Part shown: positions 1 to 12,192 of the stretch, one piece after another
How positions within the stretch are numbered: position 1 is the first letter of the stretch
How the letters are laid out: each line of letters starts with the position of its first letter
Assembly (NCBI GenBank): GCA_964016885.1
Contig: OZ024740.1
Location: forward strand, 301,010,001 to 301,074,000
DNA length: 64,000 nt
Direction of reading: 5' to 3'
Origin: Eledone cirrhosa
Taxonomy: Eukaryota
Program-made: the position numbers and the translations under genes
Notes under the pieces: generated by a model
Database searches by the model: none
What the model was told of the DNA's origin: nothing
Seen by the model: only the letters and a program-made list of their open reading frames with translations

Positions 1-126
1 AAACTGTCAGAGCTAGTGAAAATATATACTATTTTCAAAAATAGACAGTGACTGATCGGTCTGGTTTGCACATTAGCAGACTGGCTGATCAGTCAGATCT
101 GACAGATTGGCAAGGGAACAGTGAGA

Positions 127-168
127 TGTACTGATGAAGGGTGATGCACAGAAACATTAGTGTCTGCA
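127..168 (+). ncRNA. Type I hammerhead ribozyme motif (probable PLE terminal-repeat remnant)
   Basis: TGTA-CTGATGA-AGG-GTG(ATG)CAC-A-GAA-ACA(TTAG)TGT-C-TGCA: intact core, helix I TGTA/TGCA, helix III ACA/TGT, GUC cleavage triplet, weak helix II. Confidence 0.6.
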
Positions 169-409
169 GTTCTGTTCCCATGCCAACATAAGAGCAATAA
201 TGAAGTGTTCATTCTACTGACATGACTATAAAATTGAGGCTTGTTTGCATAATTGCAAACGAATCGAATGTTATTATTAATATTCGAAAAACTCAGATTA
301 CATTTATATATAGATTTTTATGTATATTTATATATATATATATATATATATATTTCGTTTCTGAATTTGTTTAGCAAGATTCTTTATCTGAAATCGTGTG
401 TTGAAACCG

Positions 410-509
410 ATATTGTTATACTTTGGGAGGGTCATGTTGCCAATAAGAAACACATGTGTTTCTTATTGGCAACATGTTTCTTATTGGCAACATGACCCTC
501 CCAAAGTAT

Positions 510-517
<8 letters not shown>
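410..517. repeat. Hairpin made of an inverted duplication of a PLE-type 3' terminus
   Basis: ATATTGTTATACTTTGGGAGGGTCATGTTGCCAATAAGAAACA is mirrored around CACATGTG, with an 18-bp internal duplication. The same terminus (GACCCTC..AAGTATAACAA-(TA)n) recurs at ~45640 and ~52363. Confidence 0.8.
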
Positions 518-574
<57 letters not shown>

Positions 575-836
575 TACACATATATATGTTTGTGCGTGTG
601 AAATACTTTTAATCATTTATTTTCCAGTCTTTCAGTGAAATGAAATATTACCACTCTCAAATAAAATTACTTTTCTTTTCTAAAATAACTATAATTATTT
701 TCTTTCATTTCGGACATGTACTTCACTGGCAAATGAAGTGACCTTATACTGTGTTAAAATTATAACAATTACTGTGTGATAGAGTCAGATTAGTCATTTA
801 AAACACAGAAAAGCTGTTTACTTTACGTTAATCAAT

Positions 837-930
837 TAATTGTTTCTACTTTTGGCACAAGGCCAGCAATTACCCAGTGCATTACTGGTACTTTATTTTA
901 TCGACCCCGTAAGGATGAAAGGCAAAGTCC
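837..930 (-). mobile_element. Truncated copy of tRNA-derived SINE family
   Basis: Near identical to the body and tail of the copies at 14402, 31684 and 50609; tRNA head absent. Confidence 0.8.
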
Positions 931-1539
931 AATTAATGCCTCCTATTAAGCTATTCTGTTGTATTGGCTGTGATTTGGTCCTTGAAAATGGAAGCTTTTA
1001 TGTGGCTGGGTTGTAGACGATGTGTCGAAACGTTTGCCATCAGGAAATAAATTTATTTATGAATTAAATTTGACAGGTCTTGTGTGGCCTGAATGGCAAT
1101 ATGATTGTTTCACGCAATAATTTTATTCTCTTTCAATTTCACTCAACTTATCATAATTATTTTATATCTAAATTGTTCAGATTATAACAGCAATATCATA
1201 GTATTTCTGGAATTCAGAAATAGTTTCCCTTTATTTTACTCTTTTTTGAAGCACAAATTTAAGCAGTTCCACAAAACCTGTAAACTGAGCCCCCAAACTT
1301 GTAGGACAAATATGTGTCACAAAACCCATAAATGTTTCTGCTTCGTAAACTCTGGCTCATATACATTTGTCAAACAATTCTCCGTATTTGCGGCATGTTT
1401 TACAACTAGTCCTATACTTCCAGAAGTTCATTAGCTAGTTGACTACGGCAAATCATTAAAACATCTCAGCACCGATTCTTTGTTACTTTCCGGAGTCTAC
1501 AGAGAGATTTTTCCAGTTGGAGAGATGCACGCATGCTTA

Positions 1540-1920
1540 CGAGGTACACATAATACATTTTCAGACATTTTCTATTCAGGCACTTTTAAGTGACCTACGT
1601 AACTCTCATTCTAATATATCCTTGTAAGCTAACATGCCGAATCTTTTTTCCAGATTGAAGGTTCGGTACGCTACAGCACTTCAAACACTACCAGCCATAC
1701 ACTTCTTGTCACAGATGGCTGGTTCCACAATGCAACCGGGCCGGGGAATAACTTGGAGGCCCGACGTGCCATAAAGTTTGTGTGAAGTTCGGTAAAAGTG
1801 CCGCAAATACATATGAACTAGTTAAAACTGATTAGGGACTAAATTTCATTAGACGGGTGACTGTTTATCGCTGGCACAAGAGGTCCCAGACGCAGGGAGC
1901 AGTTGAAGGATGACACTTTT
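1540..1920 (+). mobile_element. Mariner-family transposon 5' fragment (HTH region, frameshifted)
   Basis: TA|CGAGG mariner-like start at 1538; translation EARRAIKF..VKFGKSAANTYELVKT..TVYRWHKR..REQLKDD resembles the mariner N-terminal HTH. Confidence 0.7.
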
Positions 1921-4302
1921 CCCTCACGCGAAGGCACCTAAACGCACACCAATAGCGAATACGTGTGTGGACGATTTCACTCGATACACACATTCTCGAA
2001 CATTTCTAATTGCAAAAAATAATCTCAATAATATCCTTTATATATGTTTTATCCTCAATAATATCCTTTCTGTATGTACGTCAGCCGACGTACATACCGC
2101 CCTATCATTCTATACCGCCGTATTATTCATATTCCTAATCAACGTCACCATTTATCATCAATTTATATGCAAACAGACTATATTTTAATTTGGTCCACTG
2201 ACCTGAATATACCTCACTGTGAAGGTCTATAAATATGTGTTGATTTCGTCCAAATGATCGAAATATTTTGTATTTATTTTCCACAAATATGGATTATTTC
2301 AGTTTTCTACATTGATGGATGCATTTAGAGATTGTAACTCCAAATTTTAAAGATATCTCATCTAATCAAATTTATTGATTTATTATATTATGCGATATTT
2401 CTACATGGCATCTTTGTTTACAGCTAGCATTTTGAGTGAAATTAATAGGCTGCATCTAAGGCAGCCCCCTGCACCGAGTGGACGTGTAGTTTATTTCCTT
2501 CACATCGTATTCCGGAAGAAATCCTAGGAATATCAAATATCAGCCAAAATCTCGGTTTAATACGAATAAAATTAAACAATTTTGAATCTGGGTCAAACGA
2601 ACATTAAATCAGTCTTTCACACTAAAATTCGTTGTCACTAGAGAATCAGAATTTTTGCTAATTTAAGTTGGCATATGTACGGTGATTTTATACATTGTTT
2701 GTCTAATTTTCTGATGCTTCACCAACAGACACACAAATTGTTCATACCTGAACATTTACTGCAGCTTTTAGAAAATTCTGATGAAGAGGAACAAGAATTT
2801 GGCGAGATATATCCAGAACCAAATTTGTTGACGGAAGCGAAAAATAGATTGATGTTGATATTTCAACGAGAAGCCATTGTGCTTAATCTATTGACTTCAG
2901 AAGAGATGAAGGAGATATTCTATCTGGTTGAATTTGCATTTTTCAGTATTGGCTCTAGCAACACATGTTTTCAAAATATTCCTGATTTTAAAACATTTCC
3001 GATATGGATCATTCATGTCCATATTTTTATGATGCAACTTGGTATATGTATCACATGTTTATTACATTTGTGAAGAAGAGTCGAATTCGTATATTGCTAA
3101 ACCCTTTATACCATTATCACTACATCGAATGCAAGCATTCATTGGTCTTAGACTATATATGGAATATGTGTTTATCAGACCATCTCTAAGACTATTGGCG
3201 TCGTAAATGGGAATACATTATTTTGTTTGCACCCGGTTTCCACCAAATTTAGCTTCAGCGTTGTTTTCCTGAAATATGAACATTTGAAAGTGTCATTGAA
3301 GAATAAAACGAAATTGTTTTTGACCATGTCAAAATATATAAGGTGTGCCGAGGGCCAAATAATTTATTCCAGGAATTCAGAACAAATTGAGATTAATTGT
3401 TCTGTATAATACACACGCATAGGCCTCTCTAAGAGGGGTTTCAAGCTATACCATGCGAAACCTTCATAAACAAACATTTTAGTGACGCAGAAAATTGTAT
3501 TTTTAGGATTTTTAACCAACTTCAGTGATCTTCACTCACTCAGTACAGGCGCACGATTAAGCAACAGCATAAGTTTGACCTTTGAAGGCTGAAATTAATT
3601 AGTTGTATAACATAGTGTGATTAAGAATAGAATAGATTCAGTAAATGGGTAAAACTCGGGAAGCACTCGTCTCTTGTTCTCACTCGGTGACAGAGGAAAT
3701 GTTGACGTATCCATTAGTTTAAGCACTCATAGCCAGATATATGTATGCATAAATGTTGCATGAGCTGTCATATATGCTTATTTAAGGACTGTCTAGCCGT
3801 AACTGAAGTACTACTGCCTAAACCCATACACTCACACAAACATGTACACATATTTTTCCTATATAATGAACATATGGGTTACTCGCTTTCAAAGAAAAAC
3901 CTTTTTTCTTAAGAAACATATATATTTTCTCTCTTTTTTTTCTGTGAACACATCGCAGATTGACACTAGAAATCGAGCATGCTACAGATTCAGAATGTTT
4001 TCATCTCTGAACAGTGATAGTTATTCCGTTGTTACTGACATGGGCTTAGACACGGGTTTATATACATTTTGCGCAATGAGCATTTGCTATATGTTTTCCA
4101 TTTGTTATATGAAAATAGCGTTTTCGACATACGTTTATCACACAAAATTCATGCTTCCTTAATCCTGTTGCTGATATATATACATACACACACATATATA
4201 CATATATATATATAAATACATACACACAAAAAGACACGCACATACAAGTCTCCCTCTCTCGGTCTTACACACACACACGTATATATATGAAAACATTGAG
4301 AA

Positions 4303-4397
4303 GCCCTACGGCTGAGCTCCGACCGTTTCAAAAGCTAGATCCGAACTGAAGCGCCGGTATTCGAGCGGCGGGATCTAGCTGAACTCCTCAACCCGTT
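4303..4397 (-). mobile_element. ORF-less PLE-terminus-like fragment with degenerate HHR
   Basis: Minus strand TTGAGGA-GTTC-AGCTAGATCC...GGATCTAGCT-TTT-GAAACGGTC-GGAGCTCAGCCG; shares CGGCTGAGCT..CCGTTTC with 20620 and 52490. Confidence 0.55.
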
Positions 4398-4914
4398 TAT
4401 TCTATACATGTGTAGAGAGTCTATGCAAACAAAATCTTGAAAGTTATCTTGCGATTTTTTTTTTTTTTTTTTCTGGGAGTGGTCAGTGATGATGGGATAC
4501 ATTTTTTCCAATATACGTCATCCTAAAGATAGCGTGTTATATAGGTTATTTATCTCAATGGTTAGACCACTCAGCAAGAATTTGGGAGATATAGAAGTCA
4601 ATTTTTCTAAAGTGACAATGGCCCTTTATTTACCGTACATAATGATATTCTACTCGGATTTCTGGGCTATTTTTTGAAGCAATTGAATATGTTTTCAGTT
4701 ATTTTCAGCGCTTAGAACTCCTATATTTTCTAAGTGACAAGTGCTTCGATATTTCGTACAATACACACACACACACACATACACACTCTCAAACACACAC
4801 AGACACACACACGCGAATATATATATATATATACGTTATTCCGGGTTGAATCGGAGGTAACCACAGTAAGTAAGGTACTCAATACATTGCAGAGTATAAA
4901 AGTTTTAATATAGA

Positions 4915-4966
4915 TGAGATTCTACAGGACTAGAACTGTTTCATTCTTTAGAAATCATCAGGAATC
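4915..4966 (-). ncRNA. Type I hammerhead ribozyme (mirror copy)
   Basis: Reverse-complement arm with identical core and helices II/III; helix I GATTC/GAATC. Confidence 0.75.
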
Positions 4967-4968
4967 CC

Positions 4969-5023
4969 TGAGATTCCTGATGATTTCTAAAGAATGAAAC
5001 AGTTCTAGTCCTGTAGAATCTCA
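4969..5023 (+). ncRNA. Type I hammerhead ribozyme
   Basis: Helix I TGAGATTC/GAATCTCA; core CTGATGA 4977-4983; helix II TTC(TAAA)GAA; GAAA 4996-4999; helix III ACAG/CTGT; GUA triplet, predicted cleavage after 5015. Confidence 0.8.
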
Positions 5024-5039
5024 TCTATATTAAAACTTA

Positions 5040-5085
<46 letters not shown>

Positions 5086-5180
5086 CTTTAATATATGTTG
5101 GTTGTATACCAACACCTCAGTATGCAGATTTGAGCACTCGACGAAGAGCGCAGTTTGGTTCGGTTACTCCGGAATAATGT

Positions 5181-5722
5181 AAAATAAAATAAAATAAATA
5201 AGTCAAATGTTTAAAATATGGCTTCGTTTATTACTGCTATATATGTTTCGGTGACAGCCATCTTTTGCTGTGACCTCTTAAGGCAGTCCGAATTAGTGTG
5301 GTAGAGACGAGTACACATATTGTTGAGGTGTTTAACTTTGTCAATACTCTGATATGCCCAGTTCCTGGTTGGGTTGTTGTTTCACTGAGGAACTGGGATC
5401 ATAGGAATTTAAACAAACGAATTTCAGCGTCAAAGGACATCTTCTACTCTCATTGATCAGTTGTGAGAACATTCCTCAGTCAAAAGTATATAGAAATTAG
5501 GTAAGGCAATCTGTAGTGGTTGTTCTTGTTATTGTTAAGTATATCAGAGTATTGACAAACTTAAACACCTCAACAACATGTGTACTCGTCTCTACCACAC
5601 TAATTCGGACTGCCTGAAGAGGTCACAGACAAAGATGTCTGTCACCGACATATATATAGCAGTAATAAACGAAGCCAAACGAAGCCAAGTTTTAAACATT
5701 TTACTTATTTATTTTATTTTAT

Positions 5723-5725
<3 letters not shown>
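5181..5725. mobile_element. Inverted pair of PLE-type terminal repeats, each with an HHR
   Basis: Arms ~5181-5355 and ~5541-5725 are reverse complements. Plus arm ACTGC-CTGAAGA-GGTCACAGAC..GTCTGTCACC-GACA-TATATATA-GCAGT; minus arm has CTTAAGA...GAAAC. Confidence 0.75.
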
Positions 5726-5760
<35 letters not shown>

Positions 5761-5780
5761 CTTCAAAATGATATATATAT

Positions 5781-5860
<80 letters not shown>

Positions 5861-5877
5861 TTATTTATTTATATATA

Positions 5878-5925
<48 letters not shown>

Positions 5926-6051
5926 CAAAAGGGATATTCAGATTGTTGGTAATTCAACAAATATATAAATACTTATCCAAGAAAAAGTTGAACCGTTAAG
6001 GTATCTTTTTTGGGTTATGTTAACATTTATAAAACAAACTTTATATTTTAT

Positions 6052-6108
6052 CTGATGAGGACGTACCAAAGGCGTACCAAAGTTTTGGTTCCCTTGAAAT
6101 ATCTATAA
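6052..6108 (+). ncRNA. Degenerate HHR in a solo (TA)n-flanked terminal repeat
   Basis: CTGATGAGGACGTAC...CCCTTGAAATATC; same family as 13983; helix II carries a CGTACCAAAG duplication. Confidence 0.5.
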
Positions 6109-6170
6109 TAGAATAAATATGGTTTTATAAATATAGTTTCTATTCATTTAATGTCATTGAATATAAATAA

Positions 6171-6202
<32 letters not shown>

Positions 6203-6389
6203 ATATTTATATATTGTATATATATTATATATATATAATATATATATATAATATATATATATAGTATATATATATTATATATATATAATATATATATATT
6301 ATATATTATATATATTATATATATATATTATGCTAATTGGGAGAGAAAATGGTATATATTTTATCTGGTGATTCTATAGACATGTTTTA

Positions 6390-6491
<102 letters not shown>

Positions 6492-7036
6492 TTATATATA
6501 TATACATATATATATATACATACATGTATATTGGGGAAAACTTATTACATCTTCGCAATATTGAGTGCTTTTGTGACTTCCTCAAACAACTTGATTGCTA
6601 TTTGCTATACTTAGGCTGCTATATGCTTTTACATCCATTATTATTTGTTCTCCCATTTCATATAACTAATTATTTAATAGATTGTTTATATAGCTAGGTA
6701 AGAGGTCCTTTAATGCTGTGAAAAAGGCTATTTAAAACACTTTGAAACAACCACCAAATATTAGGCCGATTAGACACTGGTAAATTTACTATTACACATT
6801 GTTTTCTATTGACCGGGCCAAAATAGATATTCCGGAACAAAAACCCATCGAAGATTTATATCGATTTTTATCTATTCATATCCTTTCGAGAGAGTCCAGG
6901 TTGGTGTTCGACCTGTTTGTATATATCTATGTTGCTGTATTATTATGAGAACATGTGTTGGTCGCTTTGTTCTTGATGTCACACTTTATAAACCTTTTGT
7001 GTATGTATGTTTGTATATATATATATATATATATAT

Positions 7037-8785
7037 GAAAGGAGGAAGTTATAGTACGCACCCCTCGCACACCCACCATGTAGTTCCTCCCCAAAATACA
7101 CAAACAAAATAATCCTGGCCGTCCTATCGTTCCTGCATGCAACTGACGAGAGATAATTTCTGAATGTAAAGACACCATCTTCGCCCCAATGGTCGGCAAT
7201 CTCCCCTCCCACATCCACGATACAAATAATGCCCTTGGACTCTTCAACTCTTTCGCCTTTCCTCCTGTTCCCTTGCGCCTTCTCATTACCCTGGACATCA
7301 CTCCCTCTATACCGCCATCCCTCTTGATGGCGGCCTCCGCACTCTCCAGCATTTTTTATATTTACGCCCTACACCTTACACCAACACTCCGCCTGGCTAA
7401 ACTTGTTCTCACCCTCAATAGATTTTCTTTTTCGGGTAAATGTTATCAGCAGGTCTATGGAGTAGCGATGGGAACAAGAATGGGTCCAAACTATGCCAAC
7501 TTGTTTGTTGGCTACTTTCGATGCCCCAATCTTCTCCCAGTACGCTGGACCGACTACTGAGCTATACGGTCGTTATATCGGCAACTGTATCGGAGCCACC
7601 TCTCTATCACGAGAACAACTCGACTGTTCTCTTTCTTTTGCCCAATATTTCCATCCCGTTCTCAATCTTAGCTTGACTTCACCTATCCCAATCCAACCCA
7701 AAAATAACACTCCATACCCTATTCTCAATGTCTACGTCTTCGACGATTCTGTAGCGAGGAGGACGGTTTCGAAACCCATTCCCTTCACATGGCTTCCTAC
7801 TTCATCCAGCGTGGATAAAATCCAAGCTGCTCTCACCCGCACCCGTGCAACAGACCGCACCACAACCCTCACATCTAACCCCCGAACTCCCAACATCCGT
7901 TTTCCTTTCCCTTTCATCTACAACCCCATCACCCGACCACTCCGGCGACATATCCTCCGTTCCTTCCGTATACTCTCTTGTGACCACATCACTTCTCGCT
8001 TTTTTCCAAACCCACCCATTACTGCTTTTAAGCGCGTCCACCACCTCCACGACCTCCTGGTTCGCAGTTCCTTTTCATCTTCTCCCACGATTCCACCCGG
8101 TTCTTATCCTTGTTCCCGTTCCCGCTACAACACTTTTCCATTTAGATCCACCCTCACCACTCTTACAGGACCTAACGGGTCTTTCCGTATCCCCCATTCC
8201 TTCACCTACACATCCACCCACGTTGTCTATGTCCTCCGATGTACCCTTTGCGGGTCTTTATATATCCGAAAAAAGGGACGCCGTATGGCGGACCGTTTTG
8301 CCGAACATTTGAGTGTCATACGACTCGGTTTGGATACACCTGTCACTCGTCATTTCTGTTCTCCTGGTCATTCTTCCCTACATGTTTCAGTCCTGGATGT
8401 CCTTTTACATCATGGATCACAGGCCTCGTGCACCAGGACTGAACAAAGTCTGATTCACCGCCTTGGGTCCTATCCCCCTCTTGGACTCAACTCACCTCCC
8501 CAATTTCTCTAATATCCCGTCCATTATCACACCTCTAGATTCCTATCGCTTTCTCTTTATCATTAACATCTTCTCTTACAACTAATACATGCCGACTATA
8601 TATGCGCACTACACTTTTCCCTTCACTGCTCTGTATACACACATACACACCCTTATATTAACATACTTTTTCTCATAGCTTCGTACTTATATGCACACAC
8701 ACTCTTTTAGTCACATATACACACACATTTCTTTTTAGCTTCGTACGGACGTGTAATAACACACTCACACACACACACACACACG

Positions 8786-8817
<32 letters not shown>

Positions 8818-9185
8818 CACGCACGCACACACACATGCGTACGAACGTGCTCAAGTATAGTTCTTTTTACAAAACGTTTTTTTTTTTCATTTCAAGTAGA
8901 CGCACGCCATTATCCAGTTTTCCAAAAAATAAATCATACACAAAACGCCACACCAACAGTTTTGCAAGAGATGTCAACATGAATGGACCTGTTACTTTTA
9001 TCTAAAGACTTTTTTTCCAATTTCATCTCGCCCGTCCCCTCAATCTATCTTATTTCTCATTTTTTCTTCAGATGAAGCACTAGCGTCTAAAACGTTAAGA
9101 CTCTCTTCCTGTTATATCAAGCGTTAACCTAATATATCCCTTCCATATACTGTACCTATTGTTTTGTTATTTCTGTTTACCTTTT
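7037..9185 (+). mobile_element. 5'-truncated, decayed Penelope-like element (RT + GIY-YIG), Neptune-like
   Basis: FLPKIHK..GRPIV, YQQVYGVAMGTRMGPNYANLF, RYIGN (YIDD), VVYVLRCTLCGSLYI..GRRMADRFAEH; frameshifts; flanked by (TA)n and (CA)n; homologous to 37840-41440. Confidence 0.92.
9065..9100 (+). ncRNA. Mutated minimal HHR in PLE 3' terminus
   Basis: TCTT-CAGATGA-AGCACTAGCGTCT-AAAACGTT-AAGA: helix I TCTT/AAGA kept, two core substitutions; same relative position as the HHR at 41322. Confidence 0.55.
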
Positions 9186-9193
9186 ACATACAT

Positions 9194-9242
<49 letters not shown>

Positions 9243-9260
9243 CGTATGTATGTATGTATG

Positions 9261-9313
<53 letters not shown>

Positions 9314-9318
9314 GTACG

Positions 9319-9369
<51 letters not shown>

Positions 9370-9645
9370 GTGTGTGTGCGTATATGTGTATATGCCGATT
9401 TGTACATGATCATTTCCTCAAAATGATATGCACATACCATTTTACCATTTTTTGTGAAAACAGTAAGAAATTCAGATGTACGTCACTTATTTCGACTGTT
9501 GAATATATCGATTTGTCTGTCTTTTCCTTACACATTGGCATCTCACCAGTAGAGCTTAGTTTTAAACTGGTAGCGCCATACATTCATAAATATACACTTA
9601 TTGCTAATAAGCAAGCTGTTATATATGTATGTATAAATATATATC

Positions 9646-9705
<60 letters not shown>

Positions 9706-9954
9706 TTTAGTACAGCATTGACGAAGCTTTAGAATACGGCCAAGCTAACGTATATGCATAATCGGTCTGTAGCTTGAGCACTCGGATGAGGAAAGACCCC
9801 AGATTAATAACATTACGTTCAGACAGCTTAGCAAATCAGATATAGCGGTCGGCAGTCCAGCCGTATCACAAGAGCAACGAAAATACAGGACCCAGGAAAA
9901 GATTTTATACTGACCCGGACATAGCGGTGAGACTGAGTGCAAAATATATAACTT

Positions 9955-10060
<106 letters not shown>

Positions 10061-10137
10061 ATATGTGTATATATATATATATAATAAAGTAATAATAATA
10101 AATGTGAAGACTAAAATCAAATGAGGGCTTGATAAGG

Positions 10138-10208
10138 AGTTTCAGAAGATCCCGTTAAGGGGGAAAGCAGCGATTCTTTGATTAAACTTTCATCTGTTAT
10201 TTTAATAA

Positions 10209-10210
<2 letters not shown>
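10138..10210 (+). repeat. Direct terminal repeat (pLTR) of the adjacent PLE; copy at 12050-12122
   Basis: AGTTTCAGAAGATCCCGTTAAGGGGGAAAGCAGCGATTCTTTG... repeated with few changes at 12050; HHR-like CAGAAGA-TCCC(GTTAA)GGG-GAAA. Confidence 0.8.
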
Positions 10211-10304
<94 letters not shown>

Positions 10305-10306
<2 letters not shown>

Positions 10307-12122
10307 ACTAACGAGCATATTTTCAACGACCATTCCACATATTACAATGAAGCTCTTACTCGGAGTGGATTTGTCGATAAAGTAGCATATAAACAGTACG
10401 AGAATAGACCTAGAAGAAATAGATCCCGCCGCATTATATGGTATAACCAAACATATAATATAGGGGTGGCCACACCATCAGCTAAGATCTATCCCTTATT
10501 ACGAAGCATTTTCCCCCTACACATAAATATAGTAACGTTTTTAATAGAAATACTATTAACATTTCTTACTCTACGACTCCTAACCTTGCACATAACATCA
10601 CAGCTTAAAATTTAGCTAAACTACCTAGCCGTAAGAACACGTGCAACCCTGTAGTTAGTACTAACTGTAATTGTAGGAATCGGTTTGATTGCCCCCTATC
10701 CGGGAAATGGCTCTCTAATAACATTGTCTACAAATGTAAGGTTGAAACACCCACGTCCCGTAGGGCCTACATAGGGTTAACCGCCAATAGATTCAAGCAG
10801 CGTCTTTACATGCATACCCATTCTTTTCGTTACCCTCTAAGAAGGAATATGACGTCATTTTCAGCTTAGATGTGGAGTCTAAAAGACAACCACACCCGAT
10901 AAAATTTACACTGGGTGATCCTACCTAGGGCTAGACCGTATAACGGGAATAAAAGACCATGTGACCTCTGCGCCGCCGAGGTCCTGAAATACTCTACGCC
11001 ACAGACCACATCCTAAACAACAAAGCTGAGGCAATTTCGGCTTGTAAACATAAATTGCACAAAACTTTCCTGTATTACAGCCCCACATTATACTCTAACG
11101 GATAGTACGATCTATACGCGGATATTTAACGTCTTGAAGTGGTAGTTAAGTATATGTTATGTTTATACCATTACTTATTTGCATAGGTAAGTATATATTA
11201 CCTGTATGTTTTGTGAAGGTACGTATACTTTCTCGTACGTATATTTGATAGTATATATTTGATTGTATATTTTATATATTATATTGTATATTTTATATAT
11301 TCTGGTACATATGCTTTTGGTTATGTGTATACGTGAGTTTTGCATTTGTGTGAGTATGCGGGTTCGTACGTATGTAGGGTGTGTGTATATGTGTACTTCG
11401 TGTTTAGGTTTACGTACGTCTGCGAACATTTGTGTGTTTACATGTAGGTATGTGTGTGCGCTTGTTATATACGTATTTATTTATATATATACGTTTATTT
11501 AATTATATGTTTACACGCACACACACACATATTTATATGTGCGTGTATTTGTATACCTATGGCGAGTGTCTCCGCGTATGCTTGTGTATGTAGGTATATG
11601 GCTGCGTGTATGTATTTATTTAGTTTCAATTACCTCTGTATTTTATTTACTTTATTCTTAACTCTGAAGCGGAGAATCATTCGGTTACCCAGTAGGAATT
11701 TTAGTCTACTACTTCAGTTATACCATTTACGTGGTTTTGTCTTTGCGTGCAATTGTTCTCCACGGTCCACACATGACGTATTATCTTCGTTATTTTTGTT
11801 CATTGCCAGAGAACGTCTCTATGAACCACCTAAGAGAATATTAGTCTACGACTTCTTTTATACCATAAACGTGGTTCTGTCTTTGCGTGTAATTGTTTTT
11901 CACCGCTCCAAATAATGACGTATTGTATTCGTTTTTTCCCGTTCTTTGCCAGGGAACGTTTCCACGAACCAAAGTATCGTCTTCCTGTCTTCGTCCGGTT
12001 GCAACGTTTTTTGAAATATTCACTTCTGCGTTCACAGATTGATTTTGTTAGTTTCACAAGATCACGTTAAGGGTGAAAGCAGCGATTCTTTGCTTAAACT
12101 TTAATCTGTTATTTTAATAAAT
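10305..12122 (+). mobile_element. 5'-truncated PLE (thumb + GIY-YIG), Hydra-clade-like
   Basis: RRNRSRRIIWYN, NCNCRNRFDCPLSGKWLSNNIVYKCKV..AYIGLTANRFKQR..H..SF, CDLC; inserted in (TA)n; ends in pLTR. Confidence 0.85.
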
Positions 12123-12124
12123 AA

Positions 12125-12192
<68 letters not shown>

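Larger units (their letters stand above)
4900..5038. repeat. Perfect 67-bp inverted repeat (5-nt spacer), each arm carrying an HHR
   Basis: Arms 4900-4966 and 4972-5038 are exact reverse complements by eye. Confidence 0.92.

Noticed and set aside
1004-1040. GAC(GATGT)GTC-GAAACGTT HHR-like half
   Set aside because: No CUGANGA core upstream
7138-7150. In-frame TGA where the sister PLE has Cys (ACN*R versus ACNCP), suggesting selenocysteine recoding as reported for some PLEs
   Set aside because: Single substitution in a copy full of stops and frameshifts; no SECIS recognised
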